Positions 35,613 through 46,885 of a stretch of 64,000 nucleotides of DNA are shown in pieces. The DNA is from Methanolobus sp. (GTDB lineage: Archaea; Halobacteriota; Methanosarcinia; Methanosarcinales; Methanosarcinaceae), in assembly GCF_016278385.1 (NCBI RefSeq), contig NZ_JADQBY010000003.1, positions 641 to 64,640 on the forward strand. Reading direction: 5' to 3'. Position numbers and translations under genes: made by a program. Positions within the stretch are counted from its first letter, which is position 1, and each line of letters opens with the position of its first letter. The notes beneath the pieces are model-generated. The model searched no databases and was not told where the DNA came from. It worked only from the letters and a program-made list of their open reading frames with translations.

Positions 35613-37547
35613 GTGAATAACCACAAACCTTGTGAGAAGACTATGGAAAAAGAGATTACTACTCCTAGCGAAGAGATTGAACTATACGAGGACAATTTCG
35701 AAACCACAGACTCCATAGATGTTCCCGAACTTCTGATAGACCAGATAATAGGACAGGAACATGCAGTGGAAGTGGTCAAAAAAGCAGCAAGTCAGAGACG
35801 CCATGTCATGATGATAGGTAGCCCAGGTACTGGAAAATCCCTTCTGGCAAAAGCTATGGCTGAGCTTCTTCCAAAGGAAGAGTTACAAGACATAATGGCC
35901 TACCCCAACCCTGAGGATAATAATAATCCAAAGATACGTTCGGTTCCCGCCGGTAAGGGCAGGGAAATTGTCATGGCCCACAAATTGGAAGCTCAGAAGA
36001 AGATCCAGTCACGTAATATGCTGATGATGATACTTGTATTTGGTATCATAATATATTCATTCTACGTCGGCCAGCTCCTATGGGGTATCATAGCTGCAAT
36101 AATGATCTTGCTCCTGACACGACAGTTCTTGCCAAAAGAAGAAATGATGATTCCGAAACTTATAGTTTCAAACTACCAGAAGGAACATGCACCATTTTTG
36201 GATGCTACCGGCACTCACGCAGGTGCACTTCTTGGTGATGTCAGGCATGATCCGTTCCAGTCCGGAGGACTTGAGACACCTGCACATGACAGAGTCGAGA
36301 GTGGGGACATCCACAAATCACACAAAGGTGTGCTCTTCTTAGATGAGATTAACACATTGAGCCTTGAGTCTCAGCAAAGTATGCTAACAGCACTTCAGGA
36401 AAAGGAATACCCCATCACTGGGCAGTCAGAAAGGAGTTCCGGTGCACTGGTGAAAACAGAACCTGTGCCATGTGACTTCATCATGGTAGCTGCAGGTAAC
36501 CTTGATGCAGTGGAAAAGATGCATCCGGCACTCAGGTCCCGTATAAAGGGTTACGGATATGAGCTGTTCATGAGAGATTCCATGGAGGATACACCTGAAA
36601 ACCGTAAGAATCTGGTTAGATTCGTAGCACAGGAAATTCAAAGAGATGGCCACCTACCACCTTTTGACAAGGAAGCCGTGGATGAGGTAATCCGAGAAGC
36701 CCAGAGAAGAGCAGGGAGAAAAGGACACCTTACACTGAAACTCCGTGACCTTGGAGGTCTGGTACGAGTCGCAGGCGATATCGCACATTCCGAAGATGCG
36801 GCAATTACAACTGCAAAACACGTACTTGCGGCAAAGAAGATGGCAAGGTCCATAGAACAGCAACTTGCTGACAATTACCTTGAACGTAAGAATGATTACC
36901 AGCTGTTCAAGAAAACAGGCAGTGCTGTTGGAAGGGTTAATGGTCTTGCAGTAATGGGAGGAGATTCAGGTATCGTACTGCCCATAATGGCAGGAGTGAC
37001 ACCATCACTTTCCAACTCAGAAGGAAAAGTAATTGCCACAGGGATGTTAAAAGATATAGCAAAGGAAGCAGTTCAGAACGTGTCTGCTGTTATCAAGAAC
37101 GTCACAGGTAAGAGCATACCAAACCATGACATCCACATACAGTTCATCGGAACTTATGAAGGAGTGGAAGGAGACAGTGCATCCATATCTATAGCAACTG
37201 CAGTCATATCTGCTCTTGAGAATATTCCTATCGACCAATCTGTAGCAATGACAGGCTCGTTGTCCGTAAGAGGAGATGTACTTCCAATCGGAGGAGCAAC
37301 CTATAAGATAGAGGCTGCAGCCAGAGCAGGAATAAAGAAAGTAATTATTCCAAAATCCAATGAGGCTGATGTGCTGATAGAGGAAGCATATAAAGATAAG
37401 ATAGAGATCGTTCCGGTAACTAATATTATTGAAGTTATCGAACACAGTCTTGTTGATGGCCCTGATAAGGACAGAATCGTTGAGAAGTTAAAGAGCCTGA
37501 GCAGTCTCAAAACCAACGCAGAAATGCCGGAAATTGTCCCTGTTTGA
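35613..37547 (+). CDS. lonB: archaeal membrane-bound ATP-dependent protease LonB
   Basis: IIGQEHAVEVVKKAA...MMIGSPGTGKSLLAKAMA Walker A. Two TM helices are inserted in the AAA module. C-terminal Lon protease domain (DSASISIATAVISAL...AMTGSLSVRGDVLPIGG). An alternative ATG start lies at 35643. Confidence 0.9.
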   Translation: MNNHKPCEKTMEKEITTPSEEIELYEDNFETTDSIDVPELLIDQIIGQEHAVEVVKKAASQRRHVMMIGSPGTGKSLLAKAMAELLPKEELQDIMAYPNPEDNNNPKIRSVPAGKGREIVMAHKLEAQKKIQSRNMLMMILVFGIIIYSFYVGQLLWGIIAAIMILLLTRQFLPKEEMMIPKLIVSNYQKEHAPFLDATGTHAGALLGDVRHDPFQSGGLETPAHDRVESGDIHKSHKGVLFLDEINTLSLESQQSMLTALQEKEYPITGQSERSSGALVKTEPVPCDFIMVAAGNLDAVEKMHPALRSRIKGYGYELFMRDSMEDTPENRKNLVRFVAQEIQRDGHLPPFDKEAVDEVIREAQRRAGRKGHLTLKLRDLGGLVRVAGDIAHSEDAAITTAKHVLAAKKMARSIEQQLADNYLERKNDYQLFKKTGSAVGRVNGLAVMGGDSGIVLPIMAGVTPSLSNSEGKVIATGMLKDIAKEAVQNVSAVIKNVTGKSIPNHDIHIQFIGTYEGVEGDSASISIATAVISALENIPIDQSVAMTGSLSVRGDVLPIGGATYKIEAAARAGIKKVIIPKSNEADVLIEEAYKDKIEIVPVTNIIEVIEHSLVDGPDKDRIVEKLKSLSSLKTNAEMPEIVPV

Positions 37548-37604
37548 ACAGGGAATTTTTATTTATTAAACTTGTATTCCATTTATACAGGGAGAAGTGA
37601 AATT

Positions 37605-38936
37605 ATGCATAGTGTAGACTTTTTTGATACAAGGATCATAGAGGGAACAACCACCTCCATTGTACTTGATAATGATAAGATCGAACAGATATCTGTCAAT
37701 TTTACAAAAGGTGCTGCAGTACGTGCTTTAAAAAGAGGTTCATGGGGATTCACATCCGCCGACGGGGACTTCGATATTGAGAAGGCCATACGTGCAGCTA
37801 CAGAGCTTGCTATTAGTATGGATGAGAAATCACCTAAAGAAAAAGTGCAGATAAAGGAAATAGCAAAGCCAATTGTTTCCAACCTCCCAAAAATAAAAAA
37901 GAACCCATTGGACATATCCCTTGAAGAGAAGGTCAAAAACCTTAAGGAATTTGGCAAACATGCCAAAATGGACGGAATCAGCAGTACCAGCGCTGTATAC
38001 AGTGAATCCTCCTACAAGATAATGTATACTGATTCTACCGGTATCGAAGGAGAATATGATATCGTACGAACCGGTTTTGCCATTAGTGCGGTAGCATCAA
38101 TGGGCGGAATATACCAGGCAGGAAGAGAGAGCCGTTTTGGTGTTACAGGCTACGAGATATTTGATAAATATAATGCATCAGAGCTTGCAGAAGAAGCAGC
38201 AAAAAGCGCATTGCAATTACTTGATGCAAAGCCAGCCAAAGGTGGGAATATGCCAGTCATTCTTGATCCTGAGCTTGCAGGCGTGTTTGCTCATGAGGCA
38301 GTCGGACATGCATCTGAAGCGGACCTTGTGCTTGAAGGAAGTTCAGTCCTTGAGAACCGTATAGGAGAGGACATTGCATCCCCTCTTATCACAATTATTG
38401 ATGACCCCACACTACATGAATATGGCTACTTCCCCTTTGACGACGAAGGTTCACAGTCAGAGAAAACAACCCTCATAGAAAATGGCGTACTTAAGTCATA
38501 TCTTCATTCAAGGGAAACCGCCGCTAAACTTGGAGGAACACCTGGACACTGCCGGGCACAGGGACATTCCAGACCAATTATCCGTATGAGTAACACTTAT
38601 ATTGATAATGGAAATTCCAAATTAGAGGAAATGTTTGAGGAAATAGGAAATGGAATGTATCTGATAGGTTCCAGAGGAGGGCAGGTAAACACCGGAGAAG
38701 GTGTTTTCCAGTTCAATGCTGAGAAAGGATACCTCATAGAAGATGGAAAACTCACAACCCTTATCAGGGATGTTTCACTCTCCGGAAAGATACTTGAGAT
38801 ACTGAATAATGTAAAAATGGTTGGTAATGACCTTAAAATGAACTCGGGAAGATGTGGAAAAGGTGGTCAACTCGTACCTGTCACTGATGGTTCTCCGCAC
38901 CTTATGATAACAAAAGCCATGGTAGGAGGAGCATAA
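37605..38936 (+). CDS. tldD: TldD-family metalloprotease
   Basis: HEAVGHASEADL (HExxxH) motif and a C-terminal GGQV...G.F block. The ATG at 37605 has GGAG upstream. The ORF-track TTG is at 37572. Confidence 0.85.
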   Translation: MHSVDFFDTRIIEGTTTSIVLDNDKIEQISVNFTKGAAVRALKRGSWGFTSADGDFDIEKAIRAATELAISMDEKSPKEKVQIKEIAKPIVSNLPKIKKNPLDISLEEKVKNLKEFGKHAKMDGISSTSAVYSESSYKIMYTDSTGIEGEYDIVRTGFAISAVASMGGIYQAGRESRFGVTGYEIFDKYNASELAEEAAKSALQLLDAKPAKGGNMPVILDPELAGVFAHEAVGHASEADLVLEGSSVLENRIGEDIASPLITIIDDPTLHEYGYFPFDDEGSQSEKTTLIENGVLKSYLHSRETAAKLGGTPGHCRAQGHSRPIIRMSNTYIDNGNSKLEEMFEEIGNGMYLIGSRGGQVNTGEGVFQFNAEKGYLIEDGKLTTLIRDVSLSGKILEILNNVKMVGNDLKMNSGRCGKGGQLVPVTDGSPHLMITKAMVGGA

Positions 38937-38937
38937 T

Positions 38938-40248
38938 ATGTACGAACTTGCTGAAAAGGCCTTAAAGGCAGCAACAAAATATGGTGCTAAAGAAGCAGAA
39001 GTATACATTATGGAAAGTCAGAAAACTTCAGTGAACATCCAGAAAGATGTAATAGAAGGAGCAAAGGAAAGTATCACAACCGGCATCGGAATCCGTGCTG
39101 TTATAAATGGTGCAATCGGTTTTGCAAGCACTAACATGATGAGTCATATTGATGAGGCTGCTAAGAATGCAGTCGTATCTGCTAAGACACAGGATTCTGA
39201 CACAAAATGGAAAGCATTGCCATCAAACCAGAAATATCCTGATGTTTCCGGAATTATGGATATGCAACTCCAAAACATGGAGCTCGATGATTGCATTGGC
39301 CATACCATGGAAATGATAGAAGGGGCAAAAACAATACCAGGCATAATAGTCACTTCCGGGAGCTTTGGACGCAGCCACGGTAAAAGAATAATCATGAACA
39401 CAAACGGAGTGGAAGTATCAGAAGAAGGAACGGGAGTATCTGGATTTGTAGATGTGATCACAGATTCAGGAGAAACTTCTACAGCTTATGATTTTGCAAT
39501 ATCCCGCAAAAATGACATCGATTTCAATTTAATTGGAAAGAATGCAGCTGAACTTGCAAAAATGTCTCAAGACACCATTTCGGTTGAACCCCATAGAACA
39601 GAGGTAATTCTGCACCCCTTCGCATTCTCAGACCTTGTTGAAAATGCATTTATACCGTCAATTGATGCTGACAACGTCCAGAAAGGACGTTCAAATCTCA
39701 TTGGAAGGAAAGATGAGATCATAGCAAACGAGAAACTTTCAATATACGATGACGGTTTACTTGAAGGTGGTATCGAAACAGGCATTGCTGATGATGAAGG
39801 AGTTGCATCACAAAAGACAACTGTAATAGAGAAGGGAACATTCATATCTTACCTTTATGACACCTATACGGCAGGCAAAGATGATGTAGAAAGCACAGGC
39901 AATGCGTCCCGCAATTCATACCTGTCAACACCTTCTGTAGGATCAAGGAATTTCATAATAGATTTCCCTAAATGTGATGTTATAGCCGACACAGACATTG
40001 GTGTTTACGTTAACACAGTGATAGGTGCCCACACAGCAAATGGAATATCGGGAGATTTTTCAGTAGAAGCCAGAAATGCTTTTACTATAAAGGACGGGAA
40101 ACTGGATAAGCCCATAAAATCACTCATGATATCAGGTAATATATTTGACATGCTTAAGAAAATCAATGGAGCAGGCACTGATGTCAGGAAAGTTGGCGGC
40201 ACTATTACGCCGTCCATAAGGGTTTCGGACATGAGTGTCATAGGTTAA
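38938..40248 (+). CDS. pmbA: PmbA/TldE-family protein (TldD partner)
   Basis: Same fold family without HExxxH. It starts 1 nt after the tldD stop. C-terminal GDFSVEARNAFTIKDGKL. Confidence 0.8.
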   Translation: MYELAEKALKAATKYGAKEAEVYIMESQKTSVNIQKDVIEGAKESITTGIGIRAVINGAIGFASTNMMSHIDEAAKNAVVSAKTQDSDTKWKALPSNQKYPDVSGIMDMQLQNMELDDCIGHTMEMIEGAKTIPGIIVTSGSFGRSHGKRIIMNTNGVEVSEEGTGVSGFVDVITDSGETSTAYDFAISRKNDIDFNLIGKNAAELAKMSQDTISVEPHRTEVILHPFAFSDLVENAFIPSIDADNVQKGRSNLIGRKDEIIANEKLSIYDDGLLEGGIETGIADDEGVASQKTTVIEKGTFISYLYDTYTAGKDDVESTGNASRNSYLSTPSVGSRNFIIDFPKCDVIADTDIGVYVNTVIGAHTANGISGDFSVEARNAFTIKDGKLDKPIKSLMISGNIFDMLKKINGAGTDVRKVGGTITPSIRVSDMSVIG

Positions 40249-40516
40249 GTTTGATAAATAATTATGGGAACATAATTCTATTGTTCTCATTAATTTTACT
40301 TCTTTTTTTTAATCTTTCTCTCATACTATACTTTGCGCAGATGTCCTATTGCCCGACAAAAGGGAATCTTTTTAACAATCTGCGCCAGTTCAAAATGCAT
40401 AATATTTGCAAATGTGCGCATAATTCAGAAACAATTATATAGGCATATAAATTATATGAATGTTATATAACGTAAAAACCAATGATGATTTTTTATGAGA
40501 TGTTAAAAGATAATAA

Positions 40517-42559
40517 ATGGCAACATTACACAACAAAATATTAGGCATCATTGGTGCAACTCTTATTGGTATGATTTTCATCATATACCTGAGTTCACAC
40601 TTTATTATAATGGACAGTTTTGATAAACTGGAAGAGAAAGAAGCCAGGGAAAATGCCATTCGCCTGGAAAATATCATGTCATCTGAAATCCAGAGCCTTG
40701 AAAACAAAGCTGCTGACTGGTCTGTATGGGATGAAACATACGAATTCGTCCAAAGTAATGATACCCAGTATGTTGATAAATATCTAATGGATGAGACTTT
40801 TTTTAACCAGAGACTCGATTTTATGCTTTTCTATAATGCAAATGGAAAACTGGTATTTAAGAAAGAATTATTGACAACAGAAGCAAATAACCAGTCGATC
40901 AAGGGATTGGAAGAACATTTAAAGCAGAGAAGCGATCTTCTGGAACATGAGGATAATAGCAGCAGGAAGACAGGCTTTCTGGTATTTGCAGGTCAGCCAA
41001 TTTTAGTCAGTTCTCAGCCGATTGTGAAAAGCGATAAAAGCGGACCAATTAAAGGGACAATACTTATGGGTCGAGTCATTGATGACGATGAATTTACACG
41101 CTTGCATGAAATAACATATCTGGAACTTGATGTTAAAAACATCAGCAATTACAATGAGAATAATGCCAGCAATGCCGTCTATGCTGGCAATAATGAAGAG
41201 AAGATAATTACACATATCCTTAATGATGACATTCATATTTATTCATATGCACAGTTCAATAACATCTACGGAGCAGATGCATTTTCCCTGGAAATCAGTA
41301 TGCTTCGGAACATACACCAACGTGGGGTTAATACTATTAACTATTTCCTTGCTATTCTACTGCTTATTGGCATTGTTTTTGGGGTTACTATAGCAGCCGT
41401 GCTAGAAAAATCCCATATTTCCCGCCTTAAGAGACTTGAGAACGAAATCAGGAATATTGGAGACAAAGGGGACTTTTCAAGAAGAGTGAACTATGAAGGT
41501 AACGATGAAATTGCCAGCTTAGGAGAGTCAATAAACAATATGCTGGAATCGCTTGAAAAATCACAGGATCTAATTATAAAGAGAGATATCACCATAAATG
41601 CAATTTTACAGGCATTGCCTGATATGATGTTCCAGATTAAAAAAGATGGAACTATACGCAATTATAAACTCTCAACAGATAATTGCATTTATGAATCCCC
41701 CGAAGCAGAACTCAGTATATGCCTTGATGATGTTCTTCCAGCTCATATCGCAAAGAAAGAACTTGAAATCATAGAACAAGCACTCAGGACAAATCAAATG
41801 CAGACTATGCAATACACAATGCCTGTAAAGGGAGAAATGAGGGACTTTGAAGTGAGAGTAGTTGCCAGTGGAAAGGATGAAGTTATGGCTGTTGTAAAAG
41901 ACATAACCGAAATAAAACAGATAGATGAGATGCGTAGAAAAGATATTCTCTTAAAAGAGATACATCACCGTGTCAAGAATAATCTCCAAATAATATCTAG
42001 TCTTTTAAGGCTCCAATCACGGAAATTTACTGATAAGGATACAATAGAGGCTTTCCGTAAAAGCCAGAATCGTGCAAAATCAATGGCCATAGCACATGAA
42101 AAATTATACCAATCACAAGATCTTGAAAACATAGAGCTTGAAGCTTACATCAAAACACTAACAAAATATTTACTCAATAACTATGGTTACAAACAGGAAG
42201 ATATCAAAATTGATATAAAGATTAAAAACGTAACACAAGGCATTGATATGGCCATCCCGCTCGGATTGATCATAACTGAAATAGTTTCAAATACCCTTAA
42301 ACATGCATTTAAAAGCAATAAAGGACAAATACAAATAGAATTGCTTCCTGAAAACGACGGATTTTATTTACTTGTAATCAGGGATAACGGAATAGGATTC
42401 CCGGAAGATATTGATTTCACGAACACGGATTCGCTGGGGATGAGACTTGTTGTCTCGCTTGTAGAACAAATAGAGGGAAAAATAGAACTCTGGAGAGACA
42501 ATGGTACAGAATTCAGAATTACGTTTAAAGAACTATCCTACAACAGAAGGGACTATTGA
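40517..42559 (+). CDS. sensor histidine kinase (CHASE4-like periplasmic domain, HAMP, PAS, HisKA_2, HATPase)
   Basis: N-terminal TM followed by WSVWDETYEFV (CHASE4-like). Second TM plus HAMP. HHRVKNNLQIISSLLRLQS phospho-acceptor box. DNGIGFP...GMRLV ATPase boxes. Confidence 0.85.
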   Translation: MATLHNKILGIIGATLIGMIFIIYLSSHFIIMDSFDKLEEKEARENAIRLENIMSSEIQSLENKAADWSVWDETYEFVQSNDTQYVDKYLMDETFFNQRLDFMLFYNANGKLVFKKELLTTEANNQSIKGLEEHLKQRSDLLEHEDNSSRKTGFLVFAGQPILVSSQPIVKSDKSGPIKGTILMGRVIDDDEFTRLHEITYLELDVKNISNYNENNASNAVYAGNNEEKIITHILNDDIHIYSYAQFNNIYGADAFSLEISMLRNIHQRGVNTINYFLAILLLIGIVFGVTIAAVLEKSHISRLKRLENEIRNIGDKGDFSRRVNYEGNDEIASLGESINNMLESLEKSQDLIIKRDITINAILQALPDMMFQIKKDGTIRNYKLSTDNCIYESPEAELSICLDDVLPAHIAKKELEIIEQALRTNQMQTMQYTMPVKGEMRDFEVRVVASGKDEVMAVVKDITEIKQIDEMRRKDILLKEIHHRVKNNLQIISSLLRLQSRKFTDKDTIEAFRKSQNRAKSMAIAHEKLYQSQDLENIELEAYIKTLTKYLLNNYGYKQEDIKIDIKIKNVTQGIDMAIPLGLIITEIVSNTLKHAFKSNKGQIQIELLPENDGFYLLVIRDNGIGFPEDIDFTNTDSLGMRLVVSLVEQIEGKIELWRDNGTEFRITFKELSYNRRDY

Positions 42560-43367
42560 TGACTAAAGAAAGGATAATGATAGTCGAAGATGAAAAAATT
42601 GTAGCTCTAGATATAAAAGATAGTTTGGAACATTTTGGATACTCTGTACCCTGCATGGCATCAAGTGGAGAGGAGGCCATCAGATCTGTCAATGAATGCA
42701 AGCCCGACCTCATACTGATGGACATTGTTCTCAAAGGAAAAATAGACGGTATAGATGCCGCAAGAGCAATCCATAAAAACTGCGATATACCTGTATCTAT
42801 CTCACCGCATACTCAGATGAAAAAACACTACAAAGAGCAAAACTCACCGAACCGTTTGGACATATCCTGAAACCTTTTGATGAAAGAGAGCTACGGACAA
42901 ATATTGAAATTGCACTTTACAAAAAGGAAAGAGAAAAAGAGAAAAATTTCGATCATGAAAAATGGATCACTTCTCTGCTTAATAATTTTGGTGACGCCAT
43001 CATATCCACCGATGATAATGGCATAATTAAATACATGAACCCTCTTGCTCAGGCACTTACCGGATATACCAAGGAAGAAGCGCTTGGTAAAGGGATGAAC
43101 AGCATATTCAAAGTCATCTGTGGGGACAGTAATAAATGTGCGGAAGATCCAACAAAAAAAGTCCTTCGGGAAGGTGCATTCTTTGGTCTTGAAGAGAATA
43201 CAACACTCATTTCCAGAAGTGGTGCGCATATACCACTGGATATAATAGGTTCTCCCATCACCAATAAGAAAAATGAGATAATTGGTACCGTTATTATTTT
43301 CTATGACATAACTGACAGGAAGAAGATTGAAAAGTCCTTCAGGAGTTTTGAAGTAGCCTACAGCTGA
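42556..43367 (+). pseudogene. response regulator receiver + PAS protein interrupted by a 1-nt frameshift near 42795
   Basis: Frame 1 reads IMIVEDE...DLILMDIVL...CDIPV and then turns to nonsense up to the TGA at 42868-42870. The -1 frame continues IYLTAYSDEKTLQRAKLTEPFGHILKPFDERELRTNIEIALYKK and a PAS domain through to 43367. Confidence 0.7.
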
Positions 43368-43376
43368 CGATATTTC

Positions 43377-44591
43377 TTATTCTGCTTTAAGGGTCATTGG
43401 GTCTTTAATGCCACCCAGCACAAGCAACAATGATAGCAGTAACATAATTGCACACAGGTAGAATGGCAACTCAAACGAGATATAACCTGCAAGCAGCCCA
43501 CCTATTATGGGTCCCAGAGCCATTCCAGCTGCCTGGGAAGCTGTTATGGAACTTACCTTAGAACTTACCGAAGCACCTGCAAGATCAACTGCCAGAGCCA
43601 TTATAGGTGTTTCCACAGCAGCCATTGATATGCCCTGTACTGCACGCAACACTATAAGCTGATTGACGTTTTCAACATGCCCAAGACCAATTACAATTGG
43701 TATATTAAGAAGCAGACCCAGAGCTATTATGTTTTTTCTGCCTAAGCGGTCAGATATGAAACCCATTGGAGTCTGGAACAATACCCTTACAATCACATAT
43801 GCAGAAACTGCGATACTAAGGGATACCTGACCAGTGTTGAGCCTTGTTTCATATTCAGGCAAAAAAGCAAATATGATCATAATTCCTGCCATCATCATAA
43901 ACATAGCAGTTGCAAGAATAGCGAACTGAAATCCTTGACCTGGCTCTGATATTTTTTGCTTGGCAGGCGCACCATTATGAGTTTCAGATACAAAAAAGGA
44001 TATTAATACTAAGCTTGCAAAACCCAGCAAGGAACATACATAGAATGCTGTGGCAAAGCTGTAATAGCTGGCAATCACACCACCTATAATGGAACCCATA
44101 CCAAAGCCAAAACCTCTTACAGTAGAATATATACCAATGGCAACGCCTCTTGTACCTGATGTTGACATATGAGTCACCATTGCAACAATTGCAGGTACAG
44201 TTGCACCTACTGTGATACCCTGAACAATACGCAGTATAACCAGGTAGTCGAAATTACTTGTATTGGCATATGTGAAGGATATAATGGTGAATCCTGCCAT
44301 GCCTATAACAACAAAAGGCTTCCTCCTGTTAAGAGAATCTGAAAGCCTCCCAATAAATGGCTGTGATATGGCATTTGACAATCCAAAAACAGTAGCTATA
44401 ATACCTGCCCGGACTACAATAGGAGTACCTGAAAATACATCAGTATCCAGACCAACTATATACAGGGGAAGCAAAAATGCAAGCATCCCGGTACCAAGGT
44501 CCTTGAATAACTTGGAAAGAGAGAGTACATAAAGTGCAGGATCCAATTTCTGCCTGTCATTCTGAAGTGCCTTATAATTGGATTTCATCAT
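43377..44591 (-). CDS. MFS transporter
   Basis: 404 aa with about 12 TM helices. GRLSDSLNRRKP loop 2-3 motif, repeated as DRLGRKN in the second half. Confidence 0.85.
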   Translation of the reverse strand: MMKSNYKALQNDRQKLDPALYVLSLSKLFKDLGTGMLAFLLPLYIVGLDTDVFSGTPIVVRAGIIATVFGLSNAISQPFIGRLSDSLNRRKPFVVIGMAGFTIISFTYANTSNFDYLVILRIVQGITVGATVPAIVAMVTHMSTSGTRGVAIGIYSTVRGFGFGMGSIIGGVIASYYSFATAFYVCSLLGFASLVLISFFVSETHNGAPAKQKISEPGQGFQFAILATAMFMMMAGIMIIFAFLPEYETRLNTGQVSLSIAVSAYVIVRVLFQTPMGFISDRLGRKNIIALGLLLNIPIVIGLGHVENVNQLIVLRAVQGISMAAVETPIMALAVDLAGASVSSKVSSITASQAAGMALGPIIGGLLAGYISFELPFYLCAIMLLLSLLLVLGGIKDPMTLKAE

Positions 44592-44741
44592 ATGACCTTA
44601 TAGTGGATTATTCTCAAAGTATAAAAGCATAGGAAACAACAATGTATCCTGAAATTGACAGGGCATTAAACGTTCAGAAAAAAGAAAAAGCAATCAAAAT
44701 GATCAAAGATGCAGGACTTAAGGATGTCCTGCTTTAAAAGA

Positions 44742-45107
44742 TCACTCTACAACAATTTGTCCACCCTTTGTCCATGGATGGGTTACAAGCTCATATTTGT
44801 AAGTACCTATATCTTCAAATGTATAGGTAAATGTGTCATTTTTCCTGAGGGTAGGAGACTGGAAACTGTTACCACCAACAAGATTACCTTTTATGATAAA
44901 AGCTACAGAGTCATTATTGATCCACTTTACAGTGTCACCAGAGGATATGCTGGTTGAGTAAGGATGGAATTCATACTGATCAATATATACAATAGCATCA
45001 GCCTCGATATCTTGGGCCTCTGAAGTTTGGTCATCCACACAACCTGAAAAAGATAATGCAAATATGGATATTAGCATGGTAAGGAATACAAGGCTTCTTA
45101 ATCTCAT
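44742..45107 (-). CDS. cupredoxin-fold lipobox protein lacking the type-1 copper ligands
   Basis: Signal peptide with FSGC lipobox. ISSGDTVKWINNDS and GTYKYELVTHPWTKGGQIVV align to the plastocyanin/amicyanin pattern, but the Cys position is Leu and there is no Met. Confidence 0.55.
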   Translation of the reverse strand: MRLRSLVFLTMLISIFALSFSGCVDDQTSEAQDIEADAIVYIDQYEFHPYSTSISSGDTVKWINNDSVAFIIKGNLVGGNSFQSPTLRKNDTFTYTFEDIGTYKYELVTHPWTKGGQIVVE

Positions 45108-45152
45108 ATTTTACAACAATTACTATTTACTAATAACACTTTTGATAAGAAC

Positions 45153-46844
45153 TCAGTTCCTTTCACGCTGCACAAGGTACATTTCCTCAAGGCGGCCTAT
45201 TGTCTCAACATCTTCAATGGATTTGTCAGACCGTACGTTGACAAGTCTTGGGAAACGAAGTGCATAACCGGATTCATAGTTGACACTTTTCTGGATTTCC
45301 TCAAAGGCTACCTCAAAAATAACTTCCGGTTTGATCTCGACTTCTGTTCCGGACTCAACTACAATAAGATCAGAGAATATTTCCGTGAGTTCAGCAAGCT
45401 GTTCGTCGGAAAAACCTGTTGCCACACGTCCAACTGGCAGGAAACGACCTGTATCAGGATCATGACATGCAAGTGCATAGGAACCAAGGAAACTGGTACG
45501 ACGTCCGTATCCCCATTCAGCCCCGATGACAACAAGGTCAAGTGTCTCCATGACCGGCTTTTTCTTAAGCCAGTTCTTGCCCCGTTTTCCAGGAGAATAA
45601 GGTGATTCAGGGTTCTTTATCATCACGCCCTCATGACCTGCTTTTAGTGCTTCATTGTATATCTCAAGGATCTTTTCGAGATCATCTGTCAGGTACTGAG
45701 TATCAACGCTGATCTTATCTCCGTTTTTGACACAGCCCTCAAGTTTTGCCCTTCTCTGGACAAGTGGAAGATTGAGTAATCCCTCACCATTGAGATACAT
45801 TATATCAAAAAGGTTGAGTATGAGAGGAATTTCGCGTGCTGTGGACTGAACATCATATTTTCTCCTGAAACGTTTCAATATGTCCTGGAATGCCCTGGGC
45901 CTTCCATTCTCATCAATTGCCACAGCCTCACCGTCAAGTATTGCAGACTCAGCACTTACGTTTTCCTTTACAGCTTCCACAATATCCGGAAGTGATTCGG
46001 TGATATTTTCAAGCCTGCGGGAGAAAAGCGTAATGTTGTTTCCGTCCTTGTGTATCTGGACCCTGGCCCCATCAAATTTCCACTCTATTGCAGCGGTACC
46101 TAAATCTGAAATCGCTGCATCAAGACTTGGAGTAATCTGGGCCAGCATCATACGTATGGGACGATTTAGTTCAAGTCCAAGAGATAGTACTGCATCTCTT
46201 CCTCCTTCCATTGCAGTGACCGCAACAAGTCCAAGATCATTGGTAAGCATGAACGCACGCTCAACCTCTTCTGACGGTACATCAGACGCCCTGGAAATAG
46301 CATCCCTTACAATGCCCTCGCCAACTCCGATCCGCAGTTCTGCAACTGCAATACGAGCAATATAGCCAACTTCCTCCGGTGAAACTGAATTAAAAAGATA
46401 TTGAAGGTTTTTTATTTTGGATGCCTGAGAACCTTTACCCGATGATTTTGATATGGATTTGAACCTGTCAAATACCTCAAGAATAGAAATATCACTGGAT
46501 TCCTCAAGGAAAGAAGAGAATGTTGCCTGACCACTGGATACTTTCTTTAGAGCCCTGACAGCAGTTTCGCCTATGTCACCGGTTTCCCTTACAAGTTCCT
46601 TTACATCAGAAATTGAAATACCTGCTGACTTTGCGAGTGCATTGTAGAGAATACCGGCACCTACACCTATTTCCTCACTGCTCCATGCAGGAAAGATCTC
46701 ACCCATTACAAAATGAGTTATGATCGGGAGTTCCTCAGGAGTTACTTTTTCAAGCAATTCTGCGACCTGAGCAGTCATATCTAGCGAACCGGGAGTGCTT
46801 TCAATAACCTTGCAGGCCTGAGCAAATTCTCTGAAACTTGTCAT
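45153..46844 (-). CDS. lig: ATP-dependent DNA ligase
   Basis: Adenylation motif [38 protein letters not shown] motifs. 563 aa. Confidence 0.9.
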   Translation of the reverse strand: MTSFREFAQACKVIESTPGSLDMTAQVAELLEKVTPEELPIITHFVMGEIFPAWSSEEIGVGAGILYNALAKSAGISISDVKELVRETGDIGETAVRALKKVSSGQATFSSFLEESSDISILEVFDRFKSISKSSGKGSQASKIKNLQYLFNSVSPEEVGYIARIAVAELRIGVGEGIVRDAISRASDVPSEEVERAFMLTNDLGLVAVTAMEGGRDAVLSLGLELNRPIRMMLAQITPSLDAAISDLGTAAIEWKFDGARVQIHKDGNNITLFSRRLENITESLPDIVEAVKENVSAESAILDGEAVAIDENGRPRAFQDILKRFRRKYDVQSTAREIPLILNLFDIMYLNGEGLLNLPLVQRRAKLEGCVKNGDKISVDTQYLTDDLEKILEIYNEALKAGHEGVMIKNPESPYSPGKRGKNWLKKKPVMETLDLVVIGAEWGYGRRTSFLGSYALACHDPDTGRFLPVGRVATGFSDEQLAELTEIFSDLIVVESGTEVEIKPEVIFEVAFEEIQKSVNYESGYALRFPRLVNVRSDKSIEDVETIGRLEEMYLVQRERN

Positions 46845-46885
46845 AATACGTCTTTATCCTGAAAATATGGATATGTAGGAATCTT

